This document shows positions 42,160-51,621 of a stretch of DNA of 51,621 bases, piece after piece (within the stretch, counting starts at the first letter, position 1; every line of letters starts with the position of its first letter). Location: NCBI GenBank assembly GCA_016868485.1, contig VGGT01000001.1, positions 1 to 51,621 on the forward strand, given 5' to 3'. The position numbers and the translations under genes were made by a program. Source of the DNA: Bacteroidota bacterium (GTDB lineage: Bacteria; Bacteroidota; Bacteroidia; UBA7662). The notes below the pieces were generated by a model. That model made no database searches and was not told where the DNA came from. It worked only from the letters and a program-made list of their open reading frames with translations.

Positions 42160-42465
42160 TTATACTTTAATTTCTACTTCAACACCACTAGGCAAATCCA
42201 ACTTCATCAGGGCATCAACAGTCTTGGCACTGGACCCATGAATATCTAAAATCCTCCTGTACGTACACAATTGAAACTGCTCCCTTGCCTTTTTGTTGAC
42301 GTGCGGCGACTTCAACACCGTAAAAATCTTTTTGCGGGTTGGCAATGGAATGGGACCAATAACCACGGCGCTGGTCAGTTTAACCGTCTTTACAATCTTA
42401 TCAGCCGTTTTATCGACCAGATTGTAATCAAACGATTTAAGTTTTATGCGAATTCTTTGGCTCAT
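42160..42465 (-). CDS. rpsJ: 30S ribosomal protein S10
   Basis: 101 aa, [19 protein letters not shown]...GPIPLPTRK... Confidence 0.96.
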   Translation of the reverse strand: MSQRIRIKLKSFDYNLVDKTADKIVKTVKLTSAVVIGPIPLPTRKKIFTVLKSPHVNKKAREQFQLCTYRRILDIHGSSAKTVDALMKLDLPSGVEVEIKV

Positions 42466-42478
42466 ATGCTGTAGCTGT

Positions 42479-44611
42479 TTAATTCTTTTCGGCTTTCATG
42501 GCCTTGTATTTGGCCAAAACATCCTCGGAAATATTCTTAGGCGTTTCCGTGTAATGAGAAAACTCCATGGTAGAAGTGGCACGACCAGAGGTGAGGGTTC
42601 TGAGTACCGTAACGTATCCGAACATTTCGGCCAACGGCACCTGAGCCTTAATAACCTGAGCACCGTTTCGGCTGTCCATACCCTGCATTTGTCCGCGGCG
42701 CTTGTTGAGGTCACCGATGACATCACCCATGTATTCTTCAGGGGTAATGACCTCCACCTTCATAATGGGCTCAAGCAGGATGGGATTGGCCTTCCGGCAA
42801 GCCTCACGGAAAGCACTCCGTGCAGCGATTTCGAAAGACAATGAATCAGAGTCGACTGCGTGGAACGAGCCATCAAACAACCGAACCTTTAAATTATCGA
42901 TATTAAATCCTGCCAAAACGCCGGTCGACATGGCCGCTGCGAAACCCTTCTCAACAGAAGGGATGAACTCGCGCGGAATGGCTCCACCCACAATCTCATT
43001 CACAAACTCCAAACCGGGCTTCTCTGGATCGCCGGGCATCACTTCAACCTGAATATCGGCGAATTTACCACGGCCACCCGTTTGTTTCTTGTAAACCTCA
43101 CGGTGGATAACCGGAGCGGTAATGGCCTCCTTATAGTTTACTTGCGGTGCACCCTGGTTGCATTCAACCTTGAACTCACGGCGCAGGCGATCCACGATGA
43201 TCTCTAAGTGCAGCTCACCCATACCTTGGATGATGGTCTGACCTGTGTCCTCATCGGTATGCACACGGAAGGTCGGATCTTCTTCGGCCAATTTGGCCAA
43301 AGCGTTACCCAACTTATCTGAATCGGCTTGGGTTTTTGGCTCTACAGCCAAACCAATTACGGGCTCAGGGAATTGCATGGCCTCCAACAAAATCAGGGCC
43401 TTCTCATCGCAAAGGGTATCTCCAGTCTTAATGTCCTTAAATCCAACAGCGGCACAGATATCACCTGCTTCAACAAACTCAATGGCCTTACGGTCGTTGG
43501 CGTGCATTTGAAACAACCGAGAAATACGTTCTTTCTCAATCAAGATTCCTTTATCGGCATCACTACGAACTTTCGAAACATAGGATCCGGCTTCTAAACG
43601 GCCGGAATAGACACGGAAAAACACCAATCGACCTACGAAAGGATCGGTTGCCACCTTAAAAGCGAGCGCACAAAAAGGCTCATCCACCGAAGGCTTGCGC
43701 GTTAAGTCAGCATCAGTCTTGGGATCGGTACCTTTCACCGCTTCGGTATCTACAGGTGAAGGCATGTAGGAGCACACGGCATCCAAAACGGCCTGAACCC
43801 CTTTGTTCTTGAAAGAAGACCCGCACATCATGGGCACAAATTTTCCATCAATAACCGCACTGCGGATGGCTACCCGCATTTCCTCTTCTGTAATGGAATC
43901 AGGATTATCGAAAAATTTCTCCATCAACTCCATATCGTATTCCGCACAGATTTCGACCAATTTCTGACGGCTCTCATTGGCAAGCTCCACCAAATCCTCA
44001 GGAATCGGAATTTCCTTGTAGGTCATTCCTTTGCTGTCTTCATCCCAAATGATGGCTTTGTTGGTGATTAGGTCAACCACTCCTTTGAAATGTTCCTCAG
44101 AACCTATGGGCACCTGAAGAGGAATAGCCACTGAACCGAGCATTTCCCGCACTTGATTACAAACTGCGAAAAAGTCGGCCCCCTGACGATCCATTTTGTT
44201 TACGAATCCAATGCGCGGCACGCCGTAGTTGTCGGCTAAACGCCAATTGGTTTCTGACTGAGGCTCAACGCCATCTACGGCTGAAAACAAAAACACCAAT
44301 CCGTCCAGTACCCGCAACGAGCGATTAACCTCTACGGTGAAGTCAACGTGGCCCGGGGTATCGATGATGTTGATGGCGTAATCGGTATTTTGCCAATTCC
44401 AAGTGGTCTTGGTGGCAGCCGAGGTGATGGTGATTCCGCGCTCTTGCTCTTGAGCCATCCAGTCCATAGTGGCCGCACCATCATGCACTTCCCCTATTTT
44501 ATGAGTCATGCCCGTGTAATACAGAATCCGCTCCGTTGTGGTGGTCTTACCCGCATCGATGTGGGCGGCAATACCGATATTTCGTACAAACTTAAGGTCT
44601 TTCTGGGCCAT
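42479..44611 (-). CDS. fusA: Translation elongation factor G
   Basis: ATG at 44611 gives [34 protein letters not shown]; also DTPGHVDF. The track ORF is extended by 29 codons. Confidence 0.96.
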   Translation of the reverse strand: MAQKDLKFVRNIGIAAHIDAGKTTTTERILYYTGMTHKIGEVHDGAATMDWMAQEQERGITITSAATKTTWNWQNTDYAINIIDTPGHVDFTVEVNRSLRVLDGLVFLFSAVDGVEPQSETNWRLADNYGVPRIGFVNKMDRQGADFFAVCNQVREMLGSVAIPLQVPIGSEEHFKGVVDLITNKAIIWDEDSKGMTYKEIPIPEDLVELANESRQKLVEICAEYDMELMEKFFDNPDSITEEEMRVAIRSAVIDGKFVPMMCGSSFKNKGVQAVLDAVCSYMPSPVDTEAVKGTDPKTDADLTRKPSVDEPFCALAFKVATDPFVGRLVFFRVYSGRLEAGSYVSKVRSDADKGILIEKERISRLFQMHANDRKAIEFVEAGDICAAVGFKDIKTGDTLCDEKALILLEAMQFPEPVIGLAVEPKTQADSDKLGNALAKLAEEDPTFRVHTDEDTGQTIIQGMGELHLEIIVDRLRREFKVECNQGAPQVNYKEAITAPVIHREVYKKQTGGRGKFADIQVEVMPGDPEKPGLEFVNEIVGGAIPREFIPSVEKGFAAAMSTGVLAGFNIDNLKVRLFDGSFHAVDSDSLSFEIAARSAFREACRKANPILLEPIMKVEVITPEEYMGDVIGDLNKRRGQMQGMDSRNGAQVIKAQVPLAEMFGYVTVLRTLTSGRATSTMEFSHYTETPKNISEDVLAKYKAMKAEKN

Positions 44612-44615
44612 GTTA

Positions 44616-45083
44616 TCAGAATCTGAAATGTGAGAACGCTTTGTTGGCTTCGGCCATTTTGTAGGTATCTTCCTTCTTTTTAACGGCAGCGCCTTCACCT
44701 TTAGCAGCAGCGATTACCTCAGCGGCTAAACGATCTACCATGGTTTTTTCATTGCGCTTGCGTGCATAATTAATGAGCCAACGCATGCCCAATGCTTGTT
44801 TGCGCACGGGGTTAACTTCGATCGGCACTTGGTAGGTGGCTCCACCGACCCGGCGGCTCTTTACTTCAACGGCAGGCATGACATTGCCCATGGCTCTACG
44901 CCACACTTCTAGGCCATTTTCGCCCGCCTTCTTTTCAACGACTTCCATCGCTGTGTAGAAAATGGTGGCAGCTGTACTCTTGCGACCCTCAAACATCATA
45001 TTGTTGATGAAGCGGGTGACCATCACATCTTGAAACTTGGGATCAGGCTCAACGATCCTTCTTTTGGCCCTGGTCTTTCTCAT
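44616..45083 (-). CDS. rpsG: 30S ribosomal protein S7
   Basis: ATG at 45083 gives [19 protein letters not shown]..., 1 nt after the rpsL stop. The product is 155 aa. Confidence 0.95.
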   Translation of the reverse strand: MRKTRAKRRIVEPDPKFQDVMVTRFINNMMFEGRKSTAATIFYTAMEVVEKKAGENGLEVWRRAMGNVMPAVEVKSRRVGGATYQVPIEVNPVRKQALGMRWLINYARKRNEKTMVDRLAAEVIAAAKGEGAAVKKKEDTYKMAEANKAFSHFRF

Positions 45084-45084
45084 G

Positions 45085-45486
45085 TCAATTATTTTTCTTT
45101 TTAGCGGTTGGAGCGGCTTGTTTGGCTTTTGCCCCATACTTAGAACGACCTTGCTTACGCCCATTAACCCCCGCGGTGTCTAATGCACCCCGTATGATGT
45201 GGTAACGAACACCGGGCAAATCCTTCACACGACCGCCACGAATCAGTACGATTGAGTGCTCCTGTAAGTTGTGACCTTCTCCCGGAATATAAGCATTAAC
45301 CTCCTTTTGGTTGGTTAGACGAACACGAGCCACCTTGCGCATTGCCGAATTCGGCTTCTTGGGCGTGGTGGTATAAACACGGGTGCAAACACCACGGCGT
45401 TGTGGACAAGAGTCAAGAGCGGGCGATTTGCTCTTGTCGCTCTTGTGCTCCCGGCCGAGGCGTACAAGTTGTTGGATGGTGGGCAT
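45085..45486 (-). CDS. rpsL: 30S ribosomal protein S12
   Basis: 133 aa, [12 protein letters not shown]...[31 protein letters not shown]... Confidence 0.96.
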   Translation of the reverse strand: MPTIQQLVRLGREHKSDKSKSPALDSCPQRRGVCTRVYTTTPKKPNSAMRKVARVRLTNQKEVNAYIPGEGHNLQEHSIVLIRGGRVKDLPGVRYHIIRGALDTAGVNGRKQGRSKYGAKAKQAAPTAKKKNN

Positions 45487-45540
45487 ATGCTAAACGTGCG
45501 CGGTTGATAAAACAGATAAACCCCCTACTTTGAGGGAGTG

Positions 45541-45571
45541 CAAAGGTAGTAGAAAAAGAGAATATGACCAA
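45541..45571 (-). promoter_or_regulatory. Candidate Bacteroidota promoter for the rpsL-headed ribosomal super-operon (-33 TTG, 20-nt spacer, -7 TACCTTTG)
   Basis: The minus strand reads gTTTGgtcatattctctttttctacTACCTTTGcactcc, with the box about 55 nt upstream of ATG 45486. Confidence 0.5.
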
Positions 45572-45635
45572 ACGGCAGAGAAAAAAAATCCGTGGCCATG
45601 AAATCCGTATTTTTAGGCTTTAAATCGCATTCCCC

Positions 45636-46925
45636 ATGAAGTACGCCCCTGCCCCATCCCTATTATTCGAGAACAATCGCCGACGTTTTACTGAGCGCAT
45701 GCAAGCCGGTTGTATCGCCGTGTTCAGCACCAATGATTCGTTTCCCAGAAACGCCGACGCCGACTATGCCTTTCGCCCGAACAGCGATCTTTATTGGCTC
45801 ACCGGAATAGACCAAGAAGACACCCACCTCATCCTGTTCCCGGATTGTCCTGTAACTGAATTGCGGGAGGTCCTGTTTATTCGTGAAACGAACGAGGAGC
45901 TCACCATTTGGGAGGGACCGAAACACAGCAAGGAACGCGCTCGGGAACTATCGGGCATCCATACCATTCGATGGAGCACAACATTTGAAGGTCAACTGCA
46001 TCCACTCATGACCTATGCCAAGGGCTGCTACCTCAATACCAATGAAAACGACCGACTCGGGAATTTCCTCCCCGATTCATCGCATCGTTTAGCCGCCCGG
46101 CTCCAAAGCCGATACCCCCTCCACGACTACCACCGTGCTGCCCCATTGTTTGCTCAGCTGCGCTCGCGCAAGCAAACAGAGGAAATAGACATGCTCAAGG
46201 AAGCAGTAAAAATTACCGGTGATGCCTTCTGCGAAATCTTGCCAAAAATCAAGCCCGGAATTTGGGAATTTGATATAGAAGCAGAACTCATTCGTTCTAT
46301 GCTCAAGAATCGGGCTCATGGATTCTCTTTCACCCCAATAATTGCCTCAGGCGCATCGGCCTGTATCCTTCACTATACCCATAACGACCGCATCTGCGCG
46401 GATGGAGACCTCATTTTGATGGATTTCGGCGCCGATTACGGTCATTATGCAGGCGATATGACCCGATGCGTGCCGGCCAACGGCCGCTTTTCGGCCCGAC
46501 AAAAGCAACTCTATGATGCCGTATTGCGCGTGCAGACCGAAGCCACCAAACTACTCACTGTGGGGCGAACCCTCAACGAATACAACCAGGCATCGGCCCT
46601 GATCATGCAGGAAGAACTTTTGAGCATCGGCCTTCTGACTTCCGAGGAAGTGAAAAATGCACCGTTAGATGCGCCCGCTTATAAAAAGTATTTTCCCCAC
46701 GGTACCGGACATTTCTTGGGAATTGACGTACACGACATCGGCGAGCGCTATGGCCAACTCGACGAAGGGATGGTGATCACCTGCGAACCCGGTATATATG
46801 TCCGCGCCGAGGGCATCGGAATCAGAATTGAAAATGACATCCTCATCACCGCCAACGGCCCCATGAACTTAATGGAAGGAACTCCCATCGAAACCGAAGA
46901 AATAGAGCATTTGATGAACGCCTAA
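45636..46925 (+). CDS. pepP: Xaa-Pro aminopeptidase (M24B family)
   Basis: 429 aa. An AMP_N-like N-domain (FRPNSDLYWLTGIDQED) and metal ligand blocks DFGADYGHYAGDMTR, HGTGHFLGIDVHD, EPGIY, IRIENDILIT. Confidence 0.85.
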   Translation: MKYAPAPSLLFENNRRRFTERMQAGCIAVFSTNDSFPRNADADYAFRPNSDLYWLTGIDQEDTHLILFPDCPVTELREVLFIRETNEELTIWEGPKHSKERARELSGIHTIRWSTTFEGQLHPLMTYAKGCYLNTNENDRLGNFLPDSSHRLAARLQSRYPLHDYHRAAPLFAQLRSRKQTEEIDMLKEAVKITGDAFCEILPKIKPGIWEFDIEAELIRSMLKNRAHGFSFTPIIASGASACILHYTHNDRICADGDLILMDFGADYGHYAGDMTRCVPANGRFSARQKQLYDAVLRVQTEATKLLTVGRTLNEYNQASALIMQEELLSIGLLTSEEVKNAPLDAPAYKKYFPHGTGHFLGIDVHDIGERYGQLDEGMVITCEPGIYVRAEGIGIRIENDILITANGPMNLMEGTPIETEEIEHLMNA

Positions 46926-46970
46926 GCCGGTGATGAATATCTAAGCCAGAGATGAACGCCTAAGCCGGTG
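46913..46970. repeat. 19-bp tandem repeat x3 that starts inside the last 4 codons and stop of pepP
   Basis: gatgaacgcctaagccggt (46913), gatgaatatctaagccaga (46932), gatgaacgcctaagccggt (46951). A further cctaagcc at 47007-47014 contains the gltA stop on the other strand. Confidence 0.85.
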
Positions 46971-47007
46971 CCCACTACACAGACAAAATTTCTCTGTGCT
47001 TGGGATC

Positions 47008-48300
47008 CTAAGCCTTGCGCTTACCCACGGGCACATAATCGCGCTCAGGGTGACCGATGTAGAGTTGACGCGGTCTTCCAATCGGCTCATTCGATTCGCG
47101 CATTTCCTTCCATTGACTGATCCATCCGGGAAGGCGACCCAAAGCAAACATGACGGTAAACATATCCGTTGGAATTCCGATGGCTCTGTAAATGATTCCC
47201 GAATAGAAATCGACATTCGGGTAGAGTTTACGCTCCACAAAATACGCGTCGCTCAAGGCAGTTTCTTCCAATTGCTTGGCAATGTCTAGGATCGGGTCGT
47301 TGATGCCTAAGCGATTTAATACTTGATCGCAAGCCACTTTGATGATCTTCGCACGCGGATCGAAGTTTTTGTAGACACGGTGTCCGAAGCCCATTAAACG
47401 GAATGGATCATTTTTGTCTTTGGCTTTGGCGATATACTTTTGAGCATCACCACCGTCTTCTTTGATGGCCTCCAGCATTTCAATCACCGCTTGGTTGGCC
47501 CCACCGTGCAGCGGCCCCCACAAGGCGCCGATGCCCGCAGCGACGGAGGCATAAATATTGGCATGCGATGAGCCCACAATGCGCACTGTTGAAGTGGAGC
47601 AATTTTGTTCGTGGTCGGCATGAAGAATCAACAACTTATTGAGGGCATCAACCACCACTGGATCGGGCACATATTCTTCCGTACGGTGGCCAAACATCAT
47701 CATCAGGAAATTGGACACATAATCGTACTTGTTATTGGGGTACATATAGGGGTGACCAATCGCTTTTTTGTATGTCCAGGCCGCGATGGTCGCCATTTTA
47801 GCGATGAGGCGATGAATGGTGCGGTCAACATCTTCCGCAGAACGATTGGGAATCAGGGAGTTGGGGTAGAAACTCGAAAGCGATGCAATGGTGCTCATCA
47901 GCACGCCCATGGGGTGCGTTCCACCTGGATAGGCATCTAAGAACTTCTTGATGTTCTCATGAACCAATGTGCGGCGAATAATCGATTGGTTGAACTGTTC
48001 CAACTGCACAGCCGAAGGCAATTCACCATACAAAAGGAGGTAACTCACTTCCATAAATGAGGAATGCCCAGCCAACTGCTCAATCGGGTACCCTCTGTAG
48101 CGCAAGATGCCTAAATCACCATCGATAAAAGTGATGGCACTTTTGGTAGCACCCGTATTTTTGTAAGCTGGATCTAAGGTGATTAGCCCTGTTTCGTCGC
48201 GCAGCTTTGAGATATCGACGGCGCGTTCGTTTTCGGTTCCGGTGAGGATGGGGTAACTGAAACGTTCGCTACCCAAGTGCAGTTCGACTGAGTCGGACAT
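47008..48300 (-). CDS. gltA: Citrate synthase (type II)
   Basis: 430 aa. ...LLILHADHEQNCSTSTVR..., GFGHRVYKNFDPRA. Confidence 0.95.
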   Translation of the reverse strand: MSDSVELHLGSERFSYPILTGTENERAVDISKLRDETGLITLDPAYKNTGATKSAITFIDGDLGILRYRGYPIEQLAGHSSFMEVSYLLLYGELPSAVQLEQFNQSIIRRTLVHENIKKFLDAYPGGTHPMGVLMSTIASLSSFYPNSLIPNRSAEDVDRTIHRLIAKMATIAAWTYKKAIGHPYMYPNNKYDYVSNFLMMMFGHRTEEYVPDPVVVDALNKLLILHADHEQNCSTSTVRIVGSSHANIYASVAAGIGALWGPLHGGANQAVIEMLEAIKEDGGDAQKYIAKAKDKNDPFRLMGFGHRVYKNFDPRAKIIKVACDQVLNRLGINDPILDIAKQLEETALSDAYFVERKLYPNVDFYSGIIYRAIGIPTDMFTVMFALGRLPGWISQWKEMRESNEPIGRPRQLYIGHPERDYVPVGKRKA

Positions 48301-48393
48301 AAATTAGGGGGATAAGGGGGCTAAAGGGAAATGGAGTGGGCTGATTAGGGTAAAAAAAGAAAAAATGAAAACAAAGAACAAAAACGACTTCTA

Positions 48394-48401
48394 CAAAAAT
48401 A
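48394..48401 (-). promoter_or_regulatory. Candidate -7 box (TATTTTTG) for gltA
   Basis: The minus strand reads gcgTATTTTTGtagaag. This implies a leader of about 85-90 nt that contains the C-tract region. Confidence 0.35.
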
Positions 48402-48416
48402 CGCAAAAAAAGACCG

Positions 48417-49862
48417 CTACACCTCCTTGATGGCCGAATTCAATTTTTGAAGTACACTTTTGGCGTCGCCAAACAACATGCGCGTTTTGGGATCATAAAA
48501 CAACTCATTTTCAATCCCCGCATAGCCTGCATTCATCGATCGCTTCACTACCAGAACAGCTGCAGCACGGTCCACCTGAAGAATGGGCATCCCATAAATG
48601 GGGCTGGCGGGATCGCGCTCTGCTGCTGGATTCACCACATCATTGGCACCAATCACCAAAACCACATCCACCTTCGGGAACTCCGGGTTGATCCGTTCCA
48701 TTTCCAGTAATTTATCGTACGAAACATCGGATTCGGCCAGCAGCACATTCATATGCCCAGGCATGCGGCCCGCAACCGGATGGATGCCGTAGTTCACTTC
48801 CACGCCTCTCGCCTCGAGTTGGAGCTCGAGTTCATGCACCGCGTGTTGTGCTTGGGCAACGGCCAAACCATATCCAGGAATAATGGCAACTTTGCGCGCA
48901 TAGGCCATCAGTACAGCGGCATCATGCATGGAAGTCTCGCGGATGGTGGTATCGATCGTTCGATCGCTTGTGGATGTTCCTCCCGACTGAAATGACCCTA
49001 ACAACACCGCTCCGAGCGAACGATTCATAGCCCGGCACATCAGGATGGTGAGAAGCAGTCCACTGGCACCCACCAAAACACCTCCCATCACCATAGTCTG
49101 GTTGTCAAACATTAAACCAGTCAATGCAGAAGTAAGACCTGTAATCGAATTGAGCAAAGAGATAACCACGGGCATATCTGCACCTCCAATCGGCAACACA
49201 AACAGAACGCCAAACAACAATGCAGCCGCGCAAAGACTCAAAATAACTGCAAGCTGCGCATCGCCTGCCTGAAAAAACAACAGCATGCCCGTGAACATCA
49301 GGACCAGAAGCCCGTTGTTGGTGAGCCGCTGCAAAGGCCAGCGCACGGAACCCCCAGCCACAAAGCCTTGCAGTTTACCCATAGCCATAATACTCCCGGA
49401 GAATGAGATGGCCCCTGCAATTAAATTCACCATGAGGAGAACATAGTAGAACACGGCACCACTGTCTACCTGGTTAAACGCCCGACCCAGCACCTCGGCC
49501 ACAACAACCAGCATGGCGGCTGCACCACCAAATCCATTGAGCAGCGATACCATTTGCGGCATATCGGTCATTTTCACACGCGACGACAGCCGTAGACCGA
49601 CAACTGAGCCCAGCAATAAACCCGTGCCGATCCAGATAAAATTACCTTTGAAATTGAACCCATTGCCATTCCCTTCCTGATTCATTACCACCAACAACAA
49701 AGTGGCCAACACGGCAAGGAGCATTCCAGCAGCCGCGGTGAAATTCCCCTTGCGGGCAGATGCGGGGTGACTCATCCACTTCATACCTAAAATGAAGAAG
49801 ACAACGGATATCATATAACCGGTTTCCACCAAAAAAGAAGCCAATCTTGCGAAACTATCCAT
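48417..49862 (-). CDS. pntB: NAD(P) transhydrogenase subunit beta
   Basis: ATG at 49862 gives MDSFARLASFLVETGYMISVVFFILGMKWMSHP... It overlaps the pntAB stop by 8 nt. The C-terminal NADP(H) domain has GYGLAVAQAQH and GANDVVNPAA. Confidence 0.92.
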   Translation of the reverse strand: MDSFARLASFLVETGYMISVVFFILGMKWMSHPASARKGNFTAAAGMLLAVLATLLLVVMNQEGNGNGFNFKGNFIWIGTGLLLGSVVGLRLSSRVKMTDMPQMVSLLNGFGGAAAMLVVVAEVLGRAFNQVDSGAVFYYVLLMVNLIAGAISFSGSIMAMGKLQGFVAGGSVRWPLQRLTNNGLLVLMFTGMLLFFQAGDAQLAVILSLCAAALLFGVLFVLPIGGADMPVVISLLNSITGLTSALTGLMFDNQTMVMGGVLVGASGLLLTILMCRAMNRSLGAVLLGSFQSGGTSTSDRTIDTTIRETSMHDAAVLMAYARKVAIIPGYGLAVAQAQHAVHELELQLEARGVEVNYGIHPVAGRMPGHMNVLLAESDVSYDKLLEMERINPEFPKVDVVLVIGANDVVNPAAERDPASPIYGMPILQVDRAAAVLVVKRSMNAGYAGIENELFYDPKTRMLFGDAKSVLQKLNSAIKEV

Positions 49863-50175
49863 TGTCTTTCTTCTTCGCCTTAAACATCTCAAGCATACGG
49901 TTGGTAACCGAAAATCCGCCAACCACGTTTATGGTCGCTAATACCAAGGCCACCCAACCCAAAATCAAAACCAAGGTTTCATCCGGGTTCGTGTCGCCCA
50001 AAAGCAATAAACATCCCAAGATCACCACTCCCGACAAGGCATTGGAGCCAGACATCAGAGGCGTATGAAGCACCTGTGGCACCTTACCGATCACCTCTAT
50101 GCCCAGAAAAACTGAGAGAATGAGGATGTAGAGAATTTCCTTATTCTGGGCAAACAAATCAAAAAACGTATCCAT
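49855..50175 (-). CDS. pntAB: NAD(P) transhydrogenase subunit alpha, part 2 (membrane domain)
   Basis: 106 aa with 3 TM segments. LHTPLMSGSNALSGVVILG. Confidence 0.88.
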   Translation of the reverse strand: MDTFFDLFAQNKEILYILILSVFLGIEVIGKVPQVLHTPLMSGSNALSGVVILGCLLLLGDTNPDETLVLILGWVALVLATINVVGGFSVTNRMLEMFKAKKKDNG

Positions 50176-50184
50176 GCGCTGAAT

Positions 50185-51300
50185 TTAACGATAACCTGGC
50201 CAAACCACTGAACCATTGTATGTGAGCAGGCAACCTGCTATAATCTCATCATCCCGATTCAGAATGAACCCATCGGAACCCATACAGAGGTTCATCAGTC
50301 GCTGCACATTACGGGAAAACACCCGGCTGGCGTCCTGGGCCTTCTCCGCAGCCAACAAGCTGCTGCCGATAATGGATATACCGGCATGAACAACAACCGA
50401 TTCATCCACTGTTAATTCACAGTTACCACCAGACGTGCTGGCCATGTCTACAACAACACTACCCGGACGCATAGACTCGATCATAGCCTGATTGATAAGC
50501 CTTGGGGCTGGTTTGCCGGGTATGAGCGCAGTGGTTATTACGACGTCTGAATGGCGAACGCGATCAGCCAAGGCCGCTTGCTGGCGCCTTTGATAATCGG
50601 CATCCTGCTCTACCGCATATCCACCAGCAGACCGATCTTCCTTTGCTCCTTCCACATCCACAAAAGAAGCGCCCAAACTTTCCACCTGTTCTTTTACAGA
50701 GATGCGCGTATCGAATGCAGAGACTACAGCGCCCAGCCTCTTGGCCGTAGCAATGGCTTGCAGACCAGCAACCCCAGCACCGACCACCAGAACGCGGGCT
50801 GGTGCTAATGTACCCGCTGCCGTCATCATCATGGGGAAAACACGCGGCAATAGGGCTGCGGCCCTCAGTACAGCCTGGTAGCCTGCGATCGATGATTGAC
50901 TAGAAAGCACGTCCATGGCTTGCGCACGGGTAATCCTGGGAATGGCATCGAGCGATAAAATATGCACACCGGTTTTCGCCAAGTCGTCGATAAACGAAGG
51001 GCGAGATAATGGCTGATACATTCCAATTAACACCTGATCAGGACGCAATAAGGGGCAATCAGCTTCATCAATAGGCTGTACGCTGCACATTACCTGCGAA
51101 AGAGCAAAGATGTCTGAACGCGATCTCATCTGTGCACCGGCCTGTTCATAGGCCAATTGGGAATAACCTGCCCCTAAACCGCAATCAGGCTCGAAAAACA
51201 CCTCCGCACCAGACGCAACCCATTCCGCAACCACTTCAGGAACAACCGCAACGCGTCGCTCCGCTGCCTGCTCCTTTAAAATGCCTATAGTCAACTTCAT
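50185..51300 (-). CDS. pntAA: NAD(P) transhydrogenase subunit alpha, part 1 (dI, NAD(H)-binding)
   Basis: ATG at 51300 gives MKLTIGILKEQAAERRVAVVPEV... The Rossmann motif is VLVVGAGVAGLQAIATAKRLGA. The product is 371 aa. Confidence 0.92.
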   Translation of the reverse strand: MKLTIGILKEQAAERRVAVVPEVVAEWVASGAEVFFEPDCGLGAGYSQLAYEQAGAQMRSRSDIFALSQVMCSVQPIDEADCPLLRPDQVLIGMYQPLSRPSFIDDLAKTGVHILSLDAIPRITRAQAMDVLSSQSSIAGYQAVLRAAALLPRVFPMMMTAAGTLAPARVLVVGAGVAGLQAIATAKRLGAVVSAFDTRISVKEQVESLGASFVDVEGAKEDRSAGGYAVEQDADYQRRQQAALADRVRHSDVVITTALIPGKPAPRLINQAMIESMRPGSVVVDMASTSGGNCELTVDESVVVHAGISIIGSSLLAAEKAQDASRVFSRNVQRLMNLCMGSDGFILNRDDEIIAGCLLTYNGSVVWPGYR

Positions 51301-51356
51301 GTACCGAACTAAAATATGTGCAAGATTAACCACTATTCGCAACAAATCAAGCGCAT

Positions 51357-51392
51357 AAAAAAAATCGTCCCACCATTGAAGGCAGGACGATT
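51357..51392 (-). terminator. Rho-independent terminator downstream of the T9SS-cargo gene
   Basis: The minus strand reads AATCGTCC-(14-nt loop)-GGACGATT followed by a T8 run. It sits about 60 nt after the stop at 51454. Confidence 0.65.
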
Positions 51393-51453
51393 ATTCAACA
51401 AACAATCTACGCTAATGTTTGGAGAAGACGAATACTGTCTTCCAAACCATTCA

Positions 51454-51621
51454 TCAGCGACGAAGCACCAGGCGGATTTGCTCTGTGCGGTCGCTGAGGC
51501 GAACCTCAAGCATGTAGACTCCATCGCGCTGTGCAGACAGATCAAGCTCTGTCGTGCCCGCAACAGGTAAGCTACGCAAAACCTCACGACCCGACATATC
51601 GCGAACCACCAATTCCTGCAT
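51454..51621 (-). CDS. C-terminal 55 aa of a secreted protein carrying a T9SS (Por) C-terminal sorting domain. The N-terminus lies beyond the window.
   Basis: Not in the ORF track because it runs off the edge. My translation is ...QELVVRDMSGREVLRSLPVAGTTELDLSAQRDGVYMLEVRLSDRTEQIRLVLRR*. It fits the type-A CTD pattern (V.D..GR.V...... ..L.L..L..GVY.L.V......K.V). Confidence 0.7.
   Translation of the reverse strand: MQELVVRDMSGREVLRSLPVAGTTELDLSAQRDGVYMLEVRLSDRTEQIRLVLRR

Noticed and set aside
48301-48350. Telomere-like TTAGGG/TAAGGG units upstream of gltA
   Set aside because: The resemblance to eukaryotic telomere repeats is superficial: the units and spacing are irregular, and the locus is internal to the window between gltA and pntB rather than at a sequence end. 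I kept it only as a G-tract / C-rich leader observation.

Overview
This window is a core-genome stretch of a Bacteroidota chromosome, probably Flavobacteriia- or Cytophagia-like. The phylum call rests on five observations: (1) rpsL-rpsG-fusA runs straight into the S10-spc-alpha ribosomal operon with no tuf; (2) there are no Shine-Dalgarno motifs; (3) TAnnTTTG -7 boxes recur upstream of operon heads; (4) L36 has only one Cys and so lacks the zinc-ribbon cysteines; (5) a T9SS C-terminal sorting domain sits at the right edge.

Gene content, left to right:
- dprA (partial)
- two tandem TonB-dependent receptors
- a minus-strand run: MFS transporter, LutA-like CCG protein, Ldh_2 dehydrogenase, ybaB, DUF2231, lepB
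- atpDC
- a two-gene ligase-associated exonuclease plus ATP-dependent DNA ligase module
- an SDR
- an ECF sigma / membrane protein / CpxP-like triad
- pdhB
- rfbA-galE-glyA-fabG and a 699-aa vWA membrane protein
- ftsB-eno-carA
- the complete ~17-kb ribosomal protein cluster, rpsL through rplQ, including rpmJ and rpmD, which the ORF track misses because they are under 60 aa
- pepP, gltA, pntAA-pntAB-pntB
- the C-terminus of a T9SS cargo protein

I found no rRNA, tRNA, CRISPR array, transposase, integrase, phage gene or recognisable defence gene. I do not see a convincing candidate for a wholly new multi-gene system here.

The unusual signals are smaller in scale:
- A recurring pattern of short tandem repeats, mostly about 3 copies. 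Some are in frame at the termini or in loops of housekeeping proteins: the DNA ligase (two sites), L17 and LepB. Others sit immediately 3' of genes (rfbA, ftsB, pepP).
- An Arg/Gly-rich (RGG-like) tail on ribosomal protein S3 and a His-Ser repeat tail on L17.
- An orphan LutA-like protein translationally coupled to an Ldh_2 dehydrogenase.
- A G-tract / C-rich leader in front of gltA.

Several ORF-track starts are over-extended, and I re-set them from the sequence: atpD, fusA, rpsG, rplD, pntB, pntAA, pdhB, rfbA, the ligase, the exonuclease, Ldh_2, the sigma factor, the SDR and the MFS transporter.
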